Shown here in pieces: positions 1 to 10,525 of a DNA stretch of 53,219 nucleotides. Source of the stretch: a virus (taxonomy: Duplodnaviria > Caudoviricetes); the IMG/VR virus record IMGVR_UViG_3300023109_001857, positions 1 to 53,219 of that record. The stretch is one strand, 5' to 3'. Below the pieces are notes generated by a model. It was not told the origin of the DNA and searched no databases. It was given only the letters and a program-made list of their open reading frames with translations. How positions within the stretch are numbered: the first letter of the stretch is position 1; each line of letters starts with the position of its first letter. The translations under genes were made by a program, and so were the position numbers.

Positions 1-1335
1 GTTAAAGACATACGCACAGTACAAATTCCTGCGCTTAAAGAACGTGAGCTTACAATGCTGGGCAAGATTGACGAAGTGCGTCAAACTGAATCCCCTATCA
101 TTACTACAGCAAGAGATGAAATACAACGCCTACGTGAAAGTGCTGAACAACAAGTAGCACAGAGCCAAACACTAATTGAAAGACTACGTAGCCAACTAGG
201 CGACAAAGACAATGCACAACAATTAGAAGCAGACATCGACGAACAACAGATACGTGTTAGGAATGCCAACACAGAAATTGACACACTCACAGAAGAACGC
301 ATTGCACTAGAAGCAGAATACCGCAAACTAGAAGCAGAAGTAGGACCTATCAAATACATTGCTGAATTTGTATACGGTGAAAACGCAGACAACAATATGC
401 TTGAAGAAGCTGTACGTTGGGTAATTATGATTATTATCTTTGTGTTTGATCCACTAGCAGTCTTACTATTAATAGCCGCACAATATACCTTTGACTTCAA
501 TCGGAAGCGCAAAGATGACAACGGTGAGCGTCTTCGGCTCGAGAGAGAAGAATACGAACGAGCAAGAGCACAACGTATAATTGACAACCCTGTTTTTAAT
601 ATTGACACTCCTGCGCCATCTGCGGAACAAAAGGAAGAACTAAACGATGACGGAGACAACACCGGATCACAGCCAAAAGTTGAAGGACTTGATGGGGAAC
701 CTGCCATTGGAGCCGGAGAATCTAGAGGAACCATTGCCGACGGAATGGCTATGGCCAAAGAAGACGACAGTGGAGAAGTACTACCAGTCCAAGGAGAAGT
801 AAATGAACGAGTGGATCAAACTACAGACAGCGATATACAAGATGGTGATGTGGAACATAATGAACGAGATCGAGAAGCCGATGATGCGGAAAGTCTATCA
901 AGACGGAGCGATGTGGAATCTACAGAAGAACAAGTTCCTGACAGTGACCAAACCCAAGAAGGAACTAGTACCGAGCAGGACACCAGAGGAAGTACTGGAG
1001 AGATACCGGACACCGCAAACAGGATCTTCTATCCAGAAGAAATAGAACAACCTAAAAAAAAAGTAAAATTAAAGTCACAGGAAGAATTAAACCTAGACGC
1101 TGATTACGAAGCAAAAGAAAAAGATGATGCTTGGGTAACTGCTCGTGCTATATGGGAAACAAACAATCCAGACCAAGACAGAGACGCTTGGAAGAACGCA
1201 TATTCAAAGAGCGAAATAGATTCACTTCCTTGGGAAATTACTACAGATGCCGATAACTATAATATACAAGAAGGTTATCAGCAGAATGCAGAACAGAGCG
1301 AAAATACACTTTTTAACAAACTATCCAAAAAATAG
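1..1335 (+). CDS. Coiled-coil membrane-anchored phage protein with acidic disordered C-terminus (5' truncated)
   Basis: Frame is open from base 1; heptad-rich N-part, EVGPIKYIAE motif followed by a TM segment (WVIMIIIFVFDPLAVLLLIAA), then D/E-rich tail. Confidence 0.75.
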   Translation, partial: VKDIRTVQIPALKERELTMLGKIDEVRQTESPIITTARDEIQRLRESAEQQVAQSQTLIERLRSQLGDKDNAQQLEADIDEQQIRVRNANTEIDTLTEERIALEAEYRKLEAEVGPIKYIAEFVYGENADNNMLEEAVRWVIMIIIFVFDPLAVLLLIAAQYTFDFNRKRKDDNGERLRLEREEYERARAQRIIDNPVFNIDTPAPSAEQKEELNDDGDNTGSQPKVEGLDGEPAIGAGESRGTIADGMAMAKEDDSGEVLPVQGEVNERVDQTTDSDIQDGDVEHNERDREADDAESLSRRSDVESTEEQVPDSDQTQEGTSTEQDTRGSTGEIPDTANRIFYPEEIEQPKKKVKLKSQEELNLDADYEAKEKDDAWVTARAIWETNNPDQDRDAWKNAYSKSEIDSLPWEITTDADNYNIQEGYQQNAEQSENTLFNKLSKK

Positions 1336-1342
1336 GTTTTAA

Positions 1343-1759
1343 TTGAAAAAAATTAATATAGTTACGCCGCCGGATATGTTATTCAATGACAGTTTTCAAC
1401 TGTTATTATTGTATCCTAGCAAACAAATACAAGATGAACTCCAAGATAAATTTCTAGCTAGCATCGACGCTGATGTTAATGTGTATGTATACGACAAGCC
1501 TACACAAGTTGAAGAAGAAATTAACTGGATGTTAAATGTATTCAAACAATGCGACATTGCAATAATTGATGTTGACAATACATCAACATGGTGCCGAGAC
1601 CTTTCTAGCTATATGATAGCTAAAAACAAAACTTATTGGTTGACAAACAGCCAAAATTCAGTGTATAATAGTTTAAGTAATAACAAAGTTTATAACTTAG
1701 ACTTTTTATCTAATATAGGAGATAATTTTGAGAATGAGACACAACAACAAAGCACCTGA
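1343..1759 (+). CDS. Hypothetical protein
   Basis: 138 aa ORF with TTG start, tightly packed between neighbours. Confidence 0.7.
   Translation: MKKINIVTPPDMLFNDSFQLLLLYPSKQIQDELQDKFLASIDADVNVYVYDKPTQVEEEINWMLNVFKQCDIAIIDVDNTSTWCRDLSSYMIAKNKTYWLTNSQNSVYNSLSNNKVYNLDFLSNIGDNFENETQQQST
1640..1669 (+). promoter_or_regulatory. sigma70-type promoter upstream of rpsU
   Basis: TTGACA-N18-TATAAT. Confidence 0.6.
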
Positions 1760-2006
1760 ACAAAAAGGACTAACTGTTCAAGTTCGTAATGGTGATTTTG
1801 CATTTGCATTACGTAAATTTAAGAAGAAAGTAGCTGAAGACGGCGTACTGCAACAATTGCGTGAGCGTGAGTTTTATACAAAACCTAGCGAAAAACGTGC
1901 CAAAGCAAAAAAAGCAGGAATTGCTAGATGGAAGAAAAAACAAGCACTTAGTGATGAATTTGCACCAGCATCACCAAGAACAAATAAAAAAACTAAGAAA
2001 AGGTAG
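1728..2006 (+). CDS. rpsU: Ribosomal protein bS21 (phage-encoded)
   Basis: V.VRNGDFAFALRKFKKKVAEDGVLQQLREREFYTKPSEKR matches the S21 signature; SD AGGAGA at 1717; start may be ATG 1734. Confidence 0.9.
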   Translation: MRMRHNNKAPEQKGLTVQVRNGDFAFALRKFKKKVAEDGVLQQLREREFYTKPSEKRAKAKKAGIARWKKKQALSDEFAPASPRTNKKTKKR

Positions 2007-2012
2007 TATGAA

Positions 2013-3143
2013 ATGCGCATCGATCAAGATGTTAAGTTAGATTATAAAGATGTTCTTATACGTCCTAAACGTAGCACTCTCAAAAGTCGTAAACAAGTAA
2101 GACTTGAACGCAGATTTCAATTTAGAAACTATGCTACTGAGATAGCTGAAAATGAAGAACACTATTACGGTGTTCCTATTATGGCTTCTAACATGGATGG
2201 TGTTGGTACATTTGAAATGGCAGACGCATTAGCACAACAAGGGATCTTTACATGTCTTGTTAAAACATATACCGATAATGAACTAATTGAGTTCTTTAAT
2301 ACAGATGACTATCTACGCACTAATAATGTAGCAATGAGCATTGGTACTAGTGAAGAAGATTTTGACAAATTACAAAATGTAATGGAAATGGCTGACGGCA
2401 ATCTAAAATACATATGTATGGACATTGCTAACGGATATTCAGAACATTTTGCACATCATGTTAAAAAAGTACGATCTGTATTTCCACATATTGTAATTAT
2501 AGCAGGTAACGTAGTTACCGGAGAAATGACGGAGGAACTTATTCTTGCTGGAGCTGATATTGTTAAAGTGGGCATTGGCCCTGGGAGTGTATGCACTACT
2601 CGTATACAGACTGGTGTGGGTTATCCTCAACTCTCCGCAGTTATCGAATGTGCGGACGCTGCCCATGGTCTTGGAGGTCATATCATTGCTGATGGCGGCT
2701 GCACTTGTCCTGGTGATGTCGCAAAAGCATTTGCCGCCGGTGCCGATTTTGTGATGTTAGGTGGAATGCTTGCTGGACACGACGAAGGCGGCGGTGAAGT
2801 AATTACCAAACACTTTGAAAACGGCGAAGCTACATTATTATCTAATGGTACTTATGTGCCACACTTTGAACAAAAACAGTTTGTGCAATTCTACGGTATG
2901 AGTAGTGATGCAGCAAACACAAAACATTTTGGTGGACTAAAAGACTATCGTTCATCAGAAGGCAGGGAAGTTCTAGTACCGTACAGGGGCTCTGTTGGTA
3001 TAACCATACAAGATTTAACCGGCGGTATTAGATCTACCTGTACATACGCAGGCGCTTTGAAGCTAAAGCAACTAAGCAAATGCACAACCTTTGTTCGTTG
3101 TACTCAGCAATTTAACGCTGTGTATGCATCGAGCAATAAATAA
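2013..3143 (+). CDS. guaC: GMP reductase
   Basis: [20 protein letters not shown]-terminus, [13 protein letters not shown] catalytic Cys loop, FYGMSS, YRSSEG. Confidence 0.95.
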   Translation: MRIDQDVKLDYKDVLIRPKRSTLKSRKQVRLERRFQFRNYATEIAENEEHYYGVPIMASNMDGVGTFEMADALAQQGIFTCLVKTYTDNELIEFFNTDDYLRTNNVAMSIGTSEEDFDKLQNVMEMADGNLKYICMDIANGYSEHFAHHVKKVRSVFPHIVIIAGNVVTGEMTEELILAGADIVKVGIGPGSVCTTRIQTGVGYPQLSAVIECADAAHGLGGHIIADGGCTCPGDVAKAFAAGADFVMLGGMLAGHDEGGGEVITKHFENGEATLLSNGTYVPHFEQKQFVQFYGMSSDAANTKHFGGLKDYRSSEGREVLVPYRGSVGITIQDLTGGIRSTCTYAGALKLKQLSKCTTFVRCTQQFNAVYASSNK

Positions 3144-3200
3144 ACTTGAGATGCTGAAAAGGTCTCAAATTAAAAAAATCTTGCTTAAAAGGAGAAAAAT
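3137..3200 (+). promoter_or_regulatory. Late promoter plus ROSE-like RNA thermometer 5'UTR of groES
   Basis: TAAATA, hairpin TTGAGA-TGCTGAAAAGG-TCTCAA, then TCTTGCTT able to pair with SD AAGGAGA. Confidence 0.65.
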
Positions 3201-5115
<1,915 letters not shown>

Positions 5116-5124
5116 ATAATCGGT

Positions 5125-5189
5125 GATAAATAGTTATGTGATGCCGAAAGGGTCACATAACTTAATCTTGCTTAATAAAGGAGAAAATA
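5125..5189 (+). promoter_or_regulatory. Late promoter plus ROSE-like RNA thermometer 5'UTR of hsp20
   Basis: GATAAATA, 10-bp stem AGTTATGTGA/TCACATAACT enclosing TGCCGAAAGGG, then TCTTGCTT...AAGGAGA. Confidence 0.7.
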
Positions 5190-5657
5190 ATGACAAGACT
5201 AGACACACTAAACCTACCTCAGTTCCATAAAGCTACTATTGGCTTTGACAGACTGTTTAACGAACTTGAGTTTGTAAACAGATCAAACACAAATGGACAA
5301 GGTTATCCCCCATATAACATAGCCCAGATAAACGAAGACGAGTTTATGATCTCAGTCGCTGTTGCTGGCTTTGGTATGGACAATCTTGAGATTACCAAAG
5401 ACGGTAATCAATTAAAGATTGAAGGAACTGCTCCTAAAGGAGATGAAGAAGTCAACTACCTACACAAAGGCATTGGCGGACGCAATTTCCGTAGAGAGTT
5501 CACACTTGCTGAACATGTAGATGTAGCGAACGCAGGCTTAGAATTAGGCATGCTGAACATTCATCTAGTGCGAGAAGTACCAGAAGCACTAAAGCCTAAG
5601 AAAATCGCTATTAACGATTTCTCAGGTGCAGTACACGAAGCAATTGACAGCGAATAA
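5190..5657 (+). CDS. ibpA: Small heat-shock protein Hsp20 (IbpA-like)
   Basis: IGFDRLF, YPPYNI, AVAGF, YLHKGIGGRNFRREFTLAEHV, PEALKPKKIAI. Confidence 0.93.
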   Translation: MTRLDTLNLPQFHKATIGFDRLFNELEFVNRSNTNGQGYPPYNIAQINEDEFMISVAVAGFGMDNLEITKDGNQLKIEGTAPKGDEEVNYLHKGIGGRNFRREFTLAEHVDVANAGLELGMLNIHLVREVPEALKPKKIAINDFSGAVHEAIDSE

Positions 5658-5663
5658 GCAGTC

Positions 5664-5690
5664 GGGGGAGTGAAATATCTCCCCCATTTT
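5664..5690 (+). terminator. Rho-independent terminator after hsp20
   Basis: GGGGGAG-TGAAATAT-CTCCCCC followed by ATTTT. Confidence 0.65.
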
Positions 5691-5704
5691 ATTAGGAGCA
5701 ATAA

Positions 5705-6013
5705 ATGACTACTGAATGTGACATCAATATCGATGAAAAAATTAAACTTGATATAGTCGAACCAAAAGATTATAATGTAATCATGCTTAATGACGATGCT
5801 ACTCCAATGGAGTGGGTTATGGGCGTATTAAAAGAAATATTTAAACACAGTGACACAGCGTCAGAATCACTCACAATGACTATTCATAATGAAGGGTCTG
5901 CTGTAGTAGGTACTTATAAGTACGAGATAGCAGAACAAAAGAGTGTCGAAGCTGTTAATGCAAGTCGCAATCACGGGTTCCCTCTGCAATTGAAAGTCGA
6001 AGAGGCAGAATGA
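5705..6013 (+). CDS. clpS: ATP-dependent Clp protease adaptor ClpS
   Basis: YNVIMLNDDATPMEWV, IHNEGSAVVG, EIAEQK, GFPL. Confidence 0.92.
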   Translation: MTTECDINIDEKIKLDIVEPKDYNVIMLNDDATPMEWVMGVLKEIFKHSDTASESLTMTIHNEGSAVVGTYKYEIAEQKSVEAVNASRNHGFPLQLKVEEAE

Positions 6014-6567
6014 GCAATTTAAAAGAATTAACTTGGGAACATCATAAAAATGCAGAGCGTCAAGCATTTGTAAAAGAGATGTTTGCAAAAGAACCACAAA
6101 TATCTAAAGAAAGATACGCATGTTATCTTTTTAATCAGCATCCACAATATAACATGTTAGAAATGCTGAGTATGATGCATGGTCTATTTGACGGCATGCC
6201 TGAACTGCGCAGAGCCCCTGCAATACACGAAGACTATCAAGAAATGTGGGGAGAAGCAAATCCTAATCAACCTCCACTAATGCCAGTAGTAAAAGAATAC
6301 ATGGATCATTTAATGTCAATACAAGATGATGCTGACAAACTTATGGCACATGTGTATGTAAGACACATGGGAGATCTAAGTGGCGGACAAATGATTGCGA
6401 AACGTGTTCCAGGCGAAGGACGCATGTACAAGTTTGACAAAAGCCATGATGAACTCAAAGAACTAGTACGTGCAAGACTAAATGACAGTATGGCAGACGA
6501 AGCAAAACTATGTTTTGACTTTGCAACTAAGATGTTTGTACAATTAGGAGAATCTAAAAATGATTAG
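6010..6567 (+). CDS. Heme oxygenase (HemO/Ho1 family)
   Basis: LKELTWEHHKNAE (proximal His), AHVYVRHMGDLSGGQMI distal helix, EAKLCFDF. Confidence 0.92.
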   Translation: MSNLKELTWEHHKNAERQAFVKEMFAKEPQISKERYACYLFNQHPQYNMLEMLSMMHGLFDGMPELRRAPAIHEDYQEMWGEANPNQPPLMPVVKEYMDHLMSIQDDADKLMAHVYVRHMGDLSGGQMIAKRVPGEGRMYKFDKSHDELKELVRARLNDSMADEAKLCFDFATKMFVQLGESKND

Positions 6568-7357
6568 AATTGGCGGAGCTCAGATACCAGTAACTAAAAA
6601 TATAAATCTTAATGTAGAACAACTTAAGAAAGCAATTGACTGGGCATCAGAAAACAAAGTAGACTATTTGCTTACTCCCGAAGGTGCTCTAAGTGGATAT
6701 ATGAATTCATATGATTTCTTAAAAGAAAATGATTTAGAAATCATAACAAGAAGTTTAATTCAATATGCAGCCGAACGTAATATAGGTATGGCATTAGGTA
6801 CAGAATATATAGAACGTGTAGGATTTGGAGAAGTAAAACGCAGTCAGATTCGTTACTACAATGAAACTGGAGTGGAGTTAGGTTTTTACAACAAACAAAT
6901 GACAATACCAGGAGAACAATCTTATCCTGGTGATGGTCCTACTTTAATTGATATTGAAAATTGGAATTCTACAGGACGAAGCGAATTTAAAATAGGATCA
7001 TTTATTTGTAACGATGCCTGGGGCCAACGTGATAACCAACAAATTATAATCAACGATCTATTTTATTACGAATCTCAAAATACAAACGTACTTTTTCATG
7101 CAAGTAACGGATTCAGAGGACCAGATGCTGGCACAGAACAAGACAATGTAAATTTAAGATTATTTTCTGACATGCATTTATGGATGATGTCTAGGTATCA
7201 TATGCCAATAGTAACTGTTGATAATTGTTATACGTTAAACGGAGAGTTTTATGATGGTCCTACTAGTAGTACTAGCGGAGTTATACACAACGGTGAATGG
7301 TTGGTAAAAGCAGCGCCAACAGGAACAGATTATTTTTATCACGACTTTAACTTTTAG
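6560..7357 (+). CDS. Carbon-nitrogen hydrolase (nitrilase superfamily), paralog 1
   Basis: Glu-Lys-Cys triad motifs TPEGALSGY, YNKQ, ICND. Confidence 0.8.
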   Translation: MIRIGGAQIPVTKNINLNVEQLKKAIDWASENKVDYLLTPEGALSGYMNSYDFLKENDLEIITRSLIQYAAERNIGMALGTEYIERVGFGEVKRSQIRYYNETGVELGFYNKQMTIPGEQSYPGDGPTLIDIENWNSTGRSEFKIGSFICNDAWGQRDNQQIIINDLFYYESQNTNVLFHASNGFRGPDAGTEQDNVNLRLFSDMHLWMMSRYHMPIVTVDNCYTLNGEFYDGPTSSTSGVIHNGEWLVKAAPTGTDYFYHDFNF

Positions 7358-7364
7358 GTGAACA

Positions 7365-8051
7365 ATGAGTATTATTTGGGATAGACTAATAGAATGCAAA
7401 GATGAAATTATTAATATCTTTAACGCAAGTGCAACAGAGTTTGAAGAACCAGGGCTTGACCATTTTAATAATGATCTCTGGGTTAATCGCGTTTGGCGCA
7501 ATGATGATGTTAGGCGGGCTCACATTGATGTTGTAGATGCACGTGACTCTAAAGGCTTGTGGATGATGCACGTATGCGTGTTTCCTGTGCTTAACAATGA
7601 TGGTCCTATTTACGGCTTTGATGTTATCGCGGGCAAAAACAAAATGACAGGTGCATTCCACGACTTCTCAGCAAGTAGTGACCCTGACCATCCTATGATT
7701 GAAGGATACAAAGAAGCAGTTGCGGACTTTATTCCTAAAAAACAACGACAGCTACCAGAGTGGGCAACTAACATCTTTACAGATAAAATGCTTGCCGCAG
7801 GCAATGTAAACACAATAGAAGAAGCAGTTGCTATTATTGAACTTGCACAAGATAATCTACGTGCATACTTTGACGAGATCGGCGAGTTTACTGGATGCGG
7901 CGACCGCGACTTAGTAACAGCATCGCAAAACTATTACTGTCATAATCAGCAACAAAATCCACATACTCCGCGCACTATGAAAAGTCTTGGACTAGATGAA
8001 GCAGACGTAGACAAGTTCTGCACAGACATGTTGTTTCCTAAAATCGTATAA
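7365..8051 (+). CDS. Ferredoxin-dependent bilin reductase (PcyA/PcyX-like)
   Basis: RRAHIDV, MMHVCVFP, PIYGFDVIAG, AFHDFS, LPEWA.IF, QNYYC.NQQQNPHT; next to heme oxygenase. Confidence 0.88.
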   Translation: MSIIWDRLIECKDEIINIFNASATEFEEPGLDHFNNDLWVNRVWRNDDVRRAHIDVVDARDSKGLWMMHVCVFPVLNNDGPIYGFDVIAGKNKMTGAFHDFSASSDPDHPMIEGYKEAVADFIPKKQRQLPEWATNIFTDKMLAAGNVNTIEEAVAIIELAQDNLRAYFDEIGEFTGCGDRDLVTASQNYYCHNQQQNPHTPRTMKSLGLDEADVDKFCTDMLFPKIV

Positions 8052-8054
8052 ATA
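8047..8054 (+). promoter_or_regulatory. T4-type late promoter
   Basis: TATAAATA upstream of the 8078 ORF. Confidence 0.6.
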
Positions 8055-8077
8055 TTAAAAAGAAATAGGAAAAAAAC

Positions 8078-9475
8078 ATGCGCTATACCGAAATCTTAGT
8101 CGAACGAGGACTCAACGCCAATGATCTTGTCAAGCATGGCGATGATCGTTTAAACTTGCTATTACAAAAAATTTCTAACGGAAATGATTTTGTACGTAGA
8201 GGTAATGCAGGCACTGTAAAAATTGCCCCAGATGAAGTAGACAAAATTGAAACTGCTATACGTTCAGGAAACACTAGAACTTTAAAATTTTTATCAACTG
8301 AAGGTGAAACACTTTCATTGTCTAAATTAGAAAAAACTGGCGAGTTTGGTTCAACAGGAGAAGACGAAGCCGGCGAACGTAAAATGGCTAACAGAGGCAA
8401 TACCATGGAAGGTGTGCTTGGTGCTGCTACAATTGCAAGACTATCGGCTCGCCCAGGTAAAGACATTACAGTAGATGATATCAAAACAGTTGTTAACAAC
8501 TTTTCGTCTAAAAAAGCACCTGACCTAACTACAAAATCAGGCGGCGGTTCGATTGTATTTCCAGCTGTTGCTAACGACATTACAGACAATTTTAAACTTA
8601 CTGTTAAACTTCCTACAAAAAATTATATTGATTTTGTAGACTGGCAGTTTATGGTAGACGATGCAGAAATGTACGGATACATCAATAGTTGTCTTAACTA
8701 TGTAAACGATGCAACTATTGTAGACAGATTTGCAAAATTCTTTGAAAATAATAATCGACCTGATACTGTACACGTTATTGCAGACGGAGTTTCTGATATG
8801 ACAGGTCGAAAAACTGACATTTTTATGGTTTATATAGATGAAAACGGCAAAGAGAAAGAACAACGATTTGATCTAAGTTTAAAAGCAGGAACAACACCAC
8901 AATTTGGTCAGGCAGCAGCCGGTGGTACGAAAGATTCCAGTAAAAAAAGTGCAAAGGGCGAATACGGTTGGAATGCATACAAACAAATATTTGGAGACTT
9001 TGGAGTAGATGTATCTACAATAGGTAATGAATATCTGGGTGCAGAATCACTGAGAGATGCTGTAGTGGCAGTGTATACAAAAGCTGGCAATGAATTTCAT
9101 AAACAGCTTGCTGGTTCTGATGATGATGCAGAGAAGGTATGGCTAAAGCAGTTTGTAAACAATATTAAAGAACATGGCACATATAACAATCCCAAAGTAC
9201 AGTTAGCACAGTTTGAAAAGAACAGGTATTACGTATTAGATTTTCAGAGACTAGATAGATTGTTGGATAAAGATATACTTGATCTCGATGTAAAAATGAC
9301 AGTTAGCAAACCTCGAGATGGCGGACCAGGTTGGCCTAGTCTTATATTTTATAACAAACAAAATCCAAAAGAAGTTCTTGTGCGTATAAGATCAAAATAT
9401 GGTGCAGACAAGATGAACAATCTTATAGAAAAAGGTTCGTTACTTAAAAAGTTAACTAAAGTCCGCGGAAATTAA
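8078..9475 (+). CDS. Hypothetical late protein, possible PD-(D/E)xK nuclease-like fold
   Basis: 465 aa; N-terminal MRYTEILVE; possible motifs NRGNTMEG...KTDIFMV...LSLK. Confidence 0.65.
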   Translation: MRYTEILVERGLNANDLVKHGDDRLNLLLQKISNGNDFVRRGNAGTVKIAPDEVDKIETAIRSGNTRTLKFLSTEGETLSLSKLEKTGEFGSTGEDEAGERKMANRGNTMEGVLGAATIARLSARPGKDITVDDIKTVVNNFSSKKAPDLTTKSGGGSIVFPAVANDITDNFKLTVKLPTKNYIDFVDWQFMVDDAEMYGYINSCLNYVNDATIVDRFAKFFENNNRPDTVHVIADGVSDMTGRKTDIFMVYIDENGKEKEQRFDLSLKAGTTPQFGQAAAGGTKDSSKKSAKGEYGWNAYKQIFGDFGVDVSTIGNEYLGAESLRDAVVAVYTKAGNEFHKQLAGSDDDAEKVWLKQFVNNIKEHGTYNNPKVQLAQFEKNRYYVLDFQRLDRLLDKDILDLDVKMTVSKPRDGGPGWPSLIFYNKQNPKEVLVRIRSKYGADKMNNLIEKGSLLKKLTKVRGN

Positions 9476-9541
9476 CAGCTAAATCGATAAATACTAGAGT
9501 AGAGTGTGAGGGCACTCTCTATCATATTAGAAAGGGCAAGT

Positions 9542-10024
9542 ATGATAGATCCGGTATCCGCCATTGGTTTGGCAGCAGCCGCGTATCGCGGAATTAAGTC
9601 AGCAATAGACACAGGAAAAGAACTGCACGATATGGCAGGCACACTATCGCAGTGGGCCGGCGCAATGAGTGATTTAGACTTTTCACACAAACAAGCACAA
9701 AATCCACCAATGTTCAAGAAACTGTTTGGCTCAAGTCAAATAGAGCAAAACGCTCTAGAAATTTGGGGACACAAACAAAAAGCAAAAGAGATGCGCGAAG
9801 AAATGAAAACGCATATCAGCTTTTATTATGGCCCTTCAGCTTGGGATGAAATTGTACGCATTGAAGGTGATATGCGGAAGAAACGTGCGGCAGAAGTTTA
9901 TGCAGCCGAAGAACGCAAACAAGCAATCATAGAATGGATAGTTGGGTTGACTATAGCAGTAGTAGGTGTAGCTGTATTAGCTTTTGTTTTTTGGTTAATA
10001 GGTGTAGGAACAGGGAAATGGTAA
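9542..10024 (+). CDS. Conserved phage membrane protein
   Basis: MIDPVSAIGLA start (ATG 9542 preferred over GTG 9506), C-terminal TM helix; GATAAATA at ~9486. Confidence 0.75.
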   Translation: MIDPVSAIGLAAAAYRGIKSAIDTGKELHDMAGTLSQWAGAMSDLDFSHKQAQNPPMFKKLFGSSQIEQNALEIWGHKQKAKEMREEMKTHISFYYGPSAWDEIVRIEGDMRKKRAAEVYAAEERKQAIIEWIVGLTIAVVGVAVLAFVFWLIGVGTGKW

Positions 10025-10025
10025 T

Positions 10026-10196
10026 ATGTGGTTATTAATATGGTTTGTATTTGTACCTGATCAAGGCGTAAGGTATCATCATTTGAATACTTACACAGCT
10101 GAAACGCTATGTACAGTTAACTTAAAAAAAGCATCAGTTATGGTAAATGACAAATCTGAAACAATAGAATGCGTTTTTGTAGATATTAAACAGTAA
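10026..10196 (+). CDS. Small hypothetical protein (56 aa)
   Basis: MWLLIWFVFVPDQGVRYHHLNTY...ECVFVDIKQ, starts 1 nt after the upstream stop; not in the ORF track. Confidence 0.6.
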   Translation: MWLLIWFVFVPDQGVRYHHLNTYTAETLCTVNLKKASVMVNDKSETIECVFVDIKQ

Positions 10197-10428
10197 AAAT
10201 ATTTAACTTCTTGCATTTAGCAATTAATGTAGTGCGCTTAATACCTAAGCGTTCACTTGCTTTTGTTTGATTACCATTATGCTCTATTAATGCTTCTTTT
10301 ATCTTATCAATAATAAAATCATCGACATCAGTATCTAAACAGTAGTCTTCTGGTACAGGCAATGCTTCTGTCCAGGTGTCAAACATTTCAAAAAATGTTT
10401 CTTGTTCTTCAATTAATTGTGCGTTCAT
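10186..10428 (-). CDS. Stand-alone Fis-type (HTH_8) DNA-binding protein, FleQ/NtrC C-terminus-like
   Basis: IKEALIEHNGNQTKASERLGIKRTTLIAKCKKLNI; minus-strand TATAAATA at 10434-10441. Confidence 0.85.
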   Translation of the reverse strand: MNAQLIEEQETFFEMFDTWTEALPVPEDYCLDTDVDDFIIDKIKEALIEHNGNQTKASERLGIKRTTLIAKCKKLNIFTV

Positions 10429-10443
10429 AAAACTATTTATACA

Positions 10444-10470
10444 CAGTTAACTGGTGTTAAAATTTTAACA
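10444..10470. promoter_or_regulatory. Palindromic operator-like sites between divergent late promoters
   Basis: CAGTTAACTG (10444-10453) and perfect 16-bp palindrome TGTTAAAATTTTAACA (10455-10470). Confidence 0.55.
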
Positions 10471-10525
10471 TCTAATCGATAAATACTGATGTAAGATGCG
10501 AATGTTTCCAAAGGTAAGAGGGTAA

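Noticed and set aside
1054-1062. A9 homopolymer as a slippage or phase-variation site
   Set aside because: Frame stays open and reads sensibly through it (PKKKVK); no supporting evidence
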